DNA of 64,000 bases, taken from positions 36,146,001-36,210,000 of the forward strand of contig OZ004608.1 in assembly GCA_963924565.1 (NCBI GenBank), in the 5' to 3' direction. The translations under genes and the position numbers were made by a program. Of this stretch, positions 50,501 to 59,500 are shown piece after piece. The notes under the pieces are model-generated. The model was not told where the DNA came from and made no database searches. It saw only the letters and a program-made list of their open reading frames with translations. Each line of letters begins with the position of its first letter. Within the stretch, counting starts at the first letter, position 1. The stretch is from Ascidiella aspersa (taxonomy: Eukaryota).

Positions 50501-53500
50501 ATCTCAGTTGTTAACACACATATGTGTGTGAATGTTTCATTGATTTAGGCAACTACTGTTTGTGATAGAAGTTTTTATCTAAATAACAACAGAGTCCTCC
50601 AACGCGCACACCACGTCATTTCATCTCTGTACCAAAACCCATCGCCCTTGCGTAACCTTTGTGAGCAAGCGTTGGCGCCAAGTTTCAAACAATCATTAAT
50701 AAGTAATTTCGCGCGCTTTTTGGCGTGTTTCTTGAAAAGGGGCGAGTAGTGTTTGTTTCAGTAGAGATAAGAAAAGGCGGGCTCCGTGTTATAACGTTAC
50801 ATGTTGCGGTTTAACGGCGCAACATAAATGCTGGCTACCACGTGTGTATAGCGAGCGTTTCTAGACGTCCTGGATTTCTGTCAAGGTGTCAAAACGCCAT
50901 TTGACCAAGTTGGACTTGCATTTACTAAAATAAAGATACGCCGCCAGTTGCACAGTTTGGGTTCAATAACCTAATGTGCGAAACCACAGCGTGGAAAATT
51001 GTTACATAAATATATATATGTATATAAAATCATTTTTTTCATTTTTAGCATTGAACGTGCGTACTATAGTTGTACTAATAGATCCCGACTTGTTGTTCAC
51101 AGGGGTGCTAAAAATTTTCGCTAAACATGACCTCACATGCCCGCTGGAAAAGTGAGCTTGTAGACGGGGTAATATATATTTTTTAAGTTGGTGTTTTATT
51201 CTTTCATTGCTTGATAATCTCGCATTTCAGGGAATGCCCCTTAATGGTTCATTCGGTCTGGTTTGAACGAAAAAATCTCGTTTGAACGAAAAAATTATAC
51301 TTTTAACGAACGTTAGTAGTAAGAAACCGAAATACTCGAATGTAATAGGTTATTTGCTAGGCGGCAGGTATTTTTTTGTAAACGCCATGGTAAAGAAAAA
51401 TACGCACTATATCCACGACAGAATAATATCTAAATTTGTCGAAATAGGACCTAAACCTGACGGAAATCCTAAATTGATCAGCATAATGCCCAAATGGTCG
51501 AAATAACGCCTAAACTCTATGAAGGGGGTGGCTCATCAAGATGTGAGATCGACATTTGTTTTGCAAGAGTCAATATGATTTTAAATACGCCGGCGTTCGA
51601 TTTATACACAACTTTTCCTATACAGTACTCTTGCACAACACTTACCCGTACTGACAACTTCAAAAGGCACCGGGCTTCCACTTTTAGTCACAAAGTCTCC
51701 ATCCACTTCCCACGTGGATCTCATATGGCAGATCAGAGAGTCGGTATCTCCCTCCACCGGGTTTGCAAGGTACAGGCTGCCGTCCTTTTGCGAAACAAAC
51801 TTCGTCATGCTGCTTGTCTTTGGCGTGACGAAAGTAAGGGTTTTCTTTGATTCCCAATAGAAGGCCACGCTACGTTCTAAAACACAGCAAAAAAATAAAT
51901 AAAGTTAGACAAAGTTGGTCAATTATGAAACACAACATGAATCAACAAAACTAAATTTCAGCAATATACACGCTTAAATTAGAAACAAAGCATAAATCAT
52001 GACTGAAGTTTGATAATAAACCGCAAAGCCAAAAAGGTCGAGTAGATCGACAGCATCTTGATTAAGACCTTTCGATACGAGCTTGTATCATCTTCAGTTA
52101 ATCTGCTCGTATCGAAACGTCTTAATCAAGATGCTGTCGATTTACTCGATCTTTTTGGCTTTGCAATTTATTATCAAGCTACGTGACTGAAGTTCCTATA
52201 TTACTAAGGTATCGAATCGGCAACCGATACTACCCTAGTATCGGACCAGTACCAATACTACAACTTGGCATTAGGTATCGTTTCCGATCCGGCAGTGTTG
52301 GACTTCCGCAGTTGGAATGGGGTTATAATGTTAAAAATACTCACAAAGAAGTCTATACAATGTTCTAAAACCTTATGACAGCTGGTTTAGTTTATGAGGT
52401 CGCAATTTATAATATTTTCATAAACATCCTGGTGGTAAAGCAAAAAACGTAATCCAGTAAACTAAAGCGCCTAATTATGAAACAAAGTAACAAAAAATGT
52501 AATTTAGGTTGAGAAAGACGCTTAATACTGAACGATTGTGTTTGTAGTGTTCCCCCGAAAATCAGGTCATACATGGATTTTCAAGAACAACCGAATACAA
52601 AAGGGGAAGAAATATTAAAAAAAAACAAGTAAATACTTCTAGAAATTGGTGCAGAAGTTTGTATTTTTTATTAAAAATCAATGAAACATAGCATCACAAG
52701 GCAAAATCAAGCAAAAGGTTTTACATAACAACGCACAACTTGAAAAAAAGGTCTACACACAAGTTGCCTTCTTTAGTACAACTAAGTAAAAAGTAGTTTG
52801 TTGTACTCACTTGGTTCGTATTGTGGAGGCTGGCATTCGATTTTCACTCCTGATCCTTGGCTTGTTGTAACTTTCACGTGGGTGATTGAAGCAAATTCGT
52901 CGATGTCTGAAATTTAAAATAAACAGTGAATAAGCGTTGAATCTAGTTATGCCTGATGAAGGCGTAGATCTAGAAATTTTGTTGGGGGAAAATGACAATT
53001 TATTCAGAGATGACCTTACAGAGTACGTCATAACGTCACATCGCAAACTTACGTCAGAGAGTTATATCTCAATGAAACGTCATACAAAGTAACCTTATTA
53101 ACACCACAAAGTTTGTTTATTTTGTTATACAGGTCTTCAATACAAAAGCTACAACGATGCTATATATTCGCGCATAGCGCAAAACGCCCGTATAAGATCC
53201 TGTTCTGACGGGGTATGTTCACAGTCAGGGATACGGTTCAAATATATAATATACCAAGTTTGGTGCTAATATCGGTTTAAAATTCAAAGCGAGCGACGAA
53301 TATCCTTTGTATAATTAATACCAGAGACAGGACAACACAGTGGTTGACCAAAACGGTTCAAAACAAGTCGCTACTTGAGATTTTACTGTTGCTTTTCTGT
53401 TGGCCGAAAAATCTATACGCTCTCGTCAGTCGATGGGTCACTGCTAGACGCCGTGTACATTTTGCTGAATTGGTCCCTCTTGAATAAATTGAGTTACTTT

Positions 53501-56500
53501 CGATCTGTTAAACGACCAGGAATTTTTTTTCCGAAATGATTTCCTGTTTTCACCAGCGCTTGTTCGATTACCGGCAGTTGTACATTTGTCGCCCTGTCGC
53601 TTAGAGATTCGGGACACTTTTGCCCTTAAGAATGTCGAACTTTTCAAAAAGCGCATTTTAAAGCATGTAGCTTTTTCAAACTGTGTATCAGTATCGCCAT
53701 ATACAACTTTAAAATGCTCAAATCATACACCAGGGTTAACCATCTTCATTTTTGCAAACAAAACACTATGTTTTCTATATGCTATGTCTATGTCATTTTT
53801 TTAGTAACGATATTGGGTATCCACGGACGAGTTCATTAATTTTAACAGGTTAACGTTTTTTATGTCAATGATTTGACTTCAAGTTGACTTGCTCCAATTA
53901 TGGCTTGACTGGTACATGGCTTGTTATTTATTCGAACAGATTGACATGGACTTAAGTTATTTCAAAATGACTTGTGTACAACACTACCGTGTCGACGGTT
54001 ATCGTTGATAAGTACACATTTATAGCGCAAAGATATAATAATAATGTGGATGGATCAGCGTTTTTTGTTTTTCAAGTTTTTCAGCTTGCGGCACATTGAG
54101 AAAACAAAAGCATTCGGCCCACAACGCAATACGATTAACAATTGCACGCCAAGAAAATTACTAAATAACATATAAGTTATCTAATTTATGATGCACAACA
54201 AGTCTTACATGCTTGCCTGCAACTACATTTGTAACACCAAGAGGCTATTTCCTAAAGATTTTTCGTTGCACAGTTCAGTTACTTTTTAGGTGTAGTTTTA
54301 GAACCACTGGTTCTGATCGTAATTTAGTTATTTATTTTTTTTATGCTATATACACGCCATAATCCGAAAAGCTTTTACGAAAATATTATCTTGCTCTTCG
54401 ATATTCAGCATTTAGTTTCTAAAATATTAAGATGTAATTAGTGTTGGGACATAATTTTTCCTAAAATATCGCGCTGCAAACTGTTTTCACTCACGTTAAG
54501 GTCAGGCAATCGATGCTGAAATCGATATTCGGTGACGGTGTCACGTAGAACAGAAAACCGGGATGCGACAGTTTGTATAAAACAAGAAAATTACACATTT
54601 TGTCAAACATGTTTTGCATTTAAAGCTAAGCTGTTTGCAAAATGCATTTGGGATAATTTCAAGTTTAACTTAATAACTGTTTTTAATATTTTATCTGTAC
54701 TTTAGCGAAACCGTTCCGATTGTGTAATTCCATCACTGTGACCCCATGACTCGCTTGGAATGTCGTAATCAGTAAAAGTACTTATATATGTAGAACCCCC
54801 GAGAGTGCAAGGTTTGTTTTACCCCCTATTCTGAAATTTTGTACGTGATGAATATTTTGTTTCGGACTTTGAACGAAATCAGAACTGAAACTGCTTCGCT
54901 CTGCTTTCCGCCGTCGTTTATTTAAAAGTAGTAAAAACACAGTTCTGTTATACGCCTAGTTTTTCAGGGTGAGGTAAATTGTGCGCTAAAAGTATTATGC
55001 ATGGACCACGAAAATTAATTTTACCTTTTCTTAATGAATTTTTAAATTCGTGTTCAAGTACTTTATACAAATGACCCCCTAAAGCTGTTTTCAGCAAAAA
55101 TAAAAGTCTTTTATAATTTTACCCTGTCAGACGGTTATCACGCAGTGCTAATATTATGGGCCATAGTCATTTTATGCAGTTGTTTATAGTCTGCCAGGAA
55201 ACATTGTGCAGTTTAAAGTGATGTGTTATATTTGTTCAAAACAGTTTCCTGGTCTGATCATTTACACGATTTTTAGTAGTTTGTACACTGTTACATTGGA
55301 CTACGTTGTTCAGATGGTCGAATACCGCAACTATGACGTCAACCTTCGTGGGGATGTGACGTAATCGGTAAAAACACTTCGATAAAGAACCTCCCTGAGA
55401 GCCTATAAGGTTTGTTTTACCACCACTATCGAAATGACTTTGTGAAAGTTGTGTTTCCCCACTTTCAAAGCCCGGCGATTGACGTAGGTGGGTGTGGCTA
55501 GGGCGTGGTTTTTGTCTGCCAGTCATCTAAGGTGAGAAAATAGTAACTCCAAGGATACTCGGAACGAGTGAAACCATCACTGTAATGCCAAAGTAAAATA
55601 TCAGATCCTTAGATTCGAATCCAATTTTGCTCCTTAGATTTATTTTTAGAGTAATCAGAATTTTTCTTTCGAATAACAGAATCCGCCTGAATCCGAATGG
55701 TAAAAACAAACAATGATAAGTTAAAACTTAATACATGACTTAGTAAATCGAAAATTAGTTTGTTTGGGGGTTATATAATAAATATATTTTTTGTCGAGGA
55801 TACAATTTGTTTTCTTTTGATCTAGAAACCACTAATTAAAAACGATCGAATCAACCTAATATCCACACTAATGACAGAAATAGTTATACTTTCGACCAAA
55901 ATGCTTCCAGTTATCGGCTTTATTGTATATTGGTATGTTGAAAAATGACAAATAGATTGATTTTTTCTACATGCAATAAACCTCACTCCAATAATTAATT
56001 GACCTCAATCGAGTAAGATTGATATCCGCACTTCACCGCACTGTCAGCTTTTTATAGGAGTCCCTGCCTATTTTACACCAGAAAATCTCGGACAATCTAT
56101 TGTTTGATGTAGGCCCTAGATATATCCTAATATATATATTTTTTTGACATATGTAAAACATGTTTCTTCATACATGCACAAACTGTTTCTTTGTGTCTAC
56201 TTTATAATTTACTTCGTCATGTTAACGGGTATGTTCGCTTTAGCAATAACGAAGTTCTTGCAAGAGATTGGACGAAATAACGTACTAAAGGGATGCGCGA
56301 CAAACTAATATCAAACATGCGGACCTTGAAAACTATTTGTGCGAAACCAGACCTACTTTAGACTTTGAAATAATACTTAATTATCTATTTTGGTAAATAA
56401 TCAAATTTTCAGTAATCTTAGACCTTCAGTATTCTAAGGCCAATAGCAATCTTCAGCATAATTTTAATTGCAGAAATGTGAAACTTGATTACAAACACGT

Positions 56501-59500
56501 CCGCCAAGTTGATTTATGATAGGTTATATATGTATAGCCTTATTGTGTATTGTGTGGAAGCTACGACGAAGCAATACAAAACCATCTCTGAGCATGACTA
56601 TGCTAATCCCGTAGTCAGATTAACAAATTAATGTGTGATTTATCGTTATAGAATGTTTTTCCTACTAATTGCCTTTCCATGCAGCGTGAGATTGTAACGT
56701 ATGTACATACAATCGTTCACCTATACCAGGGGTGGCCAACCGGTCAGCAAGGGACACATTTCCGCTGTCTTAACCGCAAATATCCAAATTTCCGCTGTCT
56801 TGACCGCAAAGATCCACATTTATGATAATAATAATTTACGCATTGTCATTGTATATCGCAATTTGAGTTTATGACCCTTGCTTAGATTGAAATCAGAACT
56901 AAACATTTATAATGAAAAAAAAAGGATTTTAGGTTAAATCCGATTTTTGACGACGTTACCTACTGTATAGCGTCGAGATGCTTGGTATTCCCTTAACCCC
57001 AGGTAGTTAAACTAAAAGTTGATAAATTGCTTTTTAATCTACGAACTGCAGCTACCGGTGCGCTTGGGCGAGCGAGCGCCATTGTATTGCGCAAAACAGC
57101 TTGCTTCCCCATTTTCTACACACAGCGACAAAAGGCACACTTGTTAAGTCAAAGTGCACCACACGCACACCCCTAACCGCTCCTAGGCGATACGAAATGC
57201 TGACTCGAAGAGTAATGCAATTGTGAATAGCTTTTGTGGTTAATCTTCAGTTCTAATTCCTCTCTCGTTCGGAACAAATTAATTCACGCCAATTGTTAGA
57301 CCTACCTACGGGTCTAAGTGTGGAACTACATATGGATTTTACCCAAGATGATAGTGGATTAAAAGATTTAGATTAAATTTAATGTCCGACCTTTAGTTTA
57401 ATCGCTAGTTTTCGCAATTTTGTTAGTTTATTCCCCTAAAAACTAATTAGAGAAAGTCAAGTTTAAGTCAAGTCCTTGTCGTAAAAATAAAACGTTTGAA
57501 TATTAAAACTTATAAACTCGACATATTTTGGGCAATAAATCAAGTATCATATATCAGTAAAGTAAATTGATTTATTTGTAAAAGTTTGGATAAATTACGT
57601 AATTTCATAAAAAAAAGTTACCAAATGAAAATATTTCATTTTAACCCGAGTAATTTTTCTCAAAGACTTAAGTCAAGTCATTTGAAAACAGAGACTTATG
57701 TCATTACAACATGTCAGTTATTACGTTGGGCGGGAAATTAACAAACCCGTTTACTGCTTGTCAGCGTCGCCGTTCAAAAGCAAATATTCTTGCAAGAGAT
57801 TGGACGAAATAACGTATTAAAGGGATGCGCGACAAACTTATATCAAACATGCGGACCTTGAAAACTATTTGTGCGAAACCAGACCTACTTTAGACTTTGA
57901 AATAATACTTAATTATCTATTTTGGTAGATAATCAAATTTTCAGTAATCTTAGACCTTCAGTATTCTAAGGCCAATAGCAATCTTCAGCATAATTTTAAT
58001 GTGAAACTTGATTACAAACACGTCCGTCAAGTTGATTTATGATAGGTTATAGCCTTAATGTGTATTGTGTGGAAGCTACGAAGAAGCAATACAAAACCAT
58101 CTCTGAGCATAACTATGCTAATCCCGTAGTCAGATTAACAAATAAATGTTTGATTTATCGTTACAGAATGTTTTTCCTACTAATTGCCTTTCCATGCAGC
58201 GTGAGATTGTAACGTATGTACATACAATCGTTCACCCATGCCAGGGGTGGCCAACCGGTCAGCAAGGGACACATTTCCGCTGTCTTAACCGCAAATATCC
58301 AAATTTGTGCTTTCTTGACCGCAAATATCCAAATTTGTGCTTTCTTGACCGCAAAGATCCACATTTATGATAATAATAATTTACACATTGTCATTTTATC
58401 AACATCGCAATTTGAGTTTATGACCCTTGCTAAGATCGAAATCAGAACTGAACACCTATAATGAAAAAAAAAAGGTTTTACGTTAAAATCCGATTTTTGA
58501 CAACGTTACCTACTGTATAGCTTCGAGGAGCTTGGTATTCCCTTAACCCCAGGTAGTTAAACTAAAAGTTGATAAATTGCTTTTTAATCTACGAACTGCA
58601 GCTACCGGTGCGCTTGGGCGAGCGAGCGCCATTGTATTGCGCAAAACAGCTTGCTTCCCCATTTTCTACACACAGCGACAAAAGGCACACTTGTTAAGTC
58701 AAAGTGCACCACACGTACACCCCTAACCGCTCCTAGGCGATACGAAATGCTGATTCGAAGAGTAATGCAATTTGTGAATAGCTTTTGTGGTTAATCTTCA
58801 GTTCTAATTCCTCTCTCGTTCGGAACAAATTAATTCACGCCAATTGTTAGACCTACCTACGGGTCTAAGTGTGGAACTACATAAGGATTTTACCCAAGAT
58901 GATAGTGGATTAAAAGATTTAGATTAAATTTAATGTCCGACCTTTAGTTTAATCGCTAGTTTTCGCAATTTTGTTAGTTTATTCCCCTAAAAACTAATTA
59001 GAGAAAGTCAAGTTTAAGTCAAGTCCTTGTCGTAAAAATAAAACGTTTGAATATTAAAACTTATAAACTCGACATATTTTGGGCAATAAATCAAGTATCA
59101 TATATCAGTAAAGTAAATTGATTTATTTGTAAAAGTTTGGATAAATTACGTAATTTCATAAAAAAAAGTTACCAAATGAAAATATTTCATTTTAACCAGA
59201 GTAATTTTTCTCAAAGACTTAAGTCAAGTCATTTGAAAACAGAGACTTATGTCATTACAACATGTCAGTTATTACGTTGGGCGGGAAATTAACAAACCCG
59301 TTTACTGCTTGTCAGCGTCGCCGCTCAAAAGCAAATATTTGCACCAAACCTCATTTTCCCAGTGGCCGTTAAGTGTGCCACACAATGCTGCTTGTCGCAA
59401 GACCATGGTCGTACATTTGCCCAAGACACACGGTTAAGGCAAATGTCTGACGCTGTGGTTAAATATGCAGTTAACGTTCAACTGCGCCTCTCTTTTTAAG

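Noticed and set aside
52945-52980. CTGATGAAGGCGTAGATCTAGAAA as another hammerhead; also isolated GAAACGTT words near 27831 and 34706
   Set aside because: Stems I-III cannot be closed around these, so they may be chance matches or heavily decayed.
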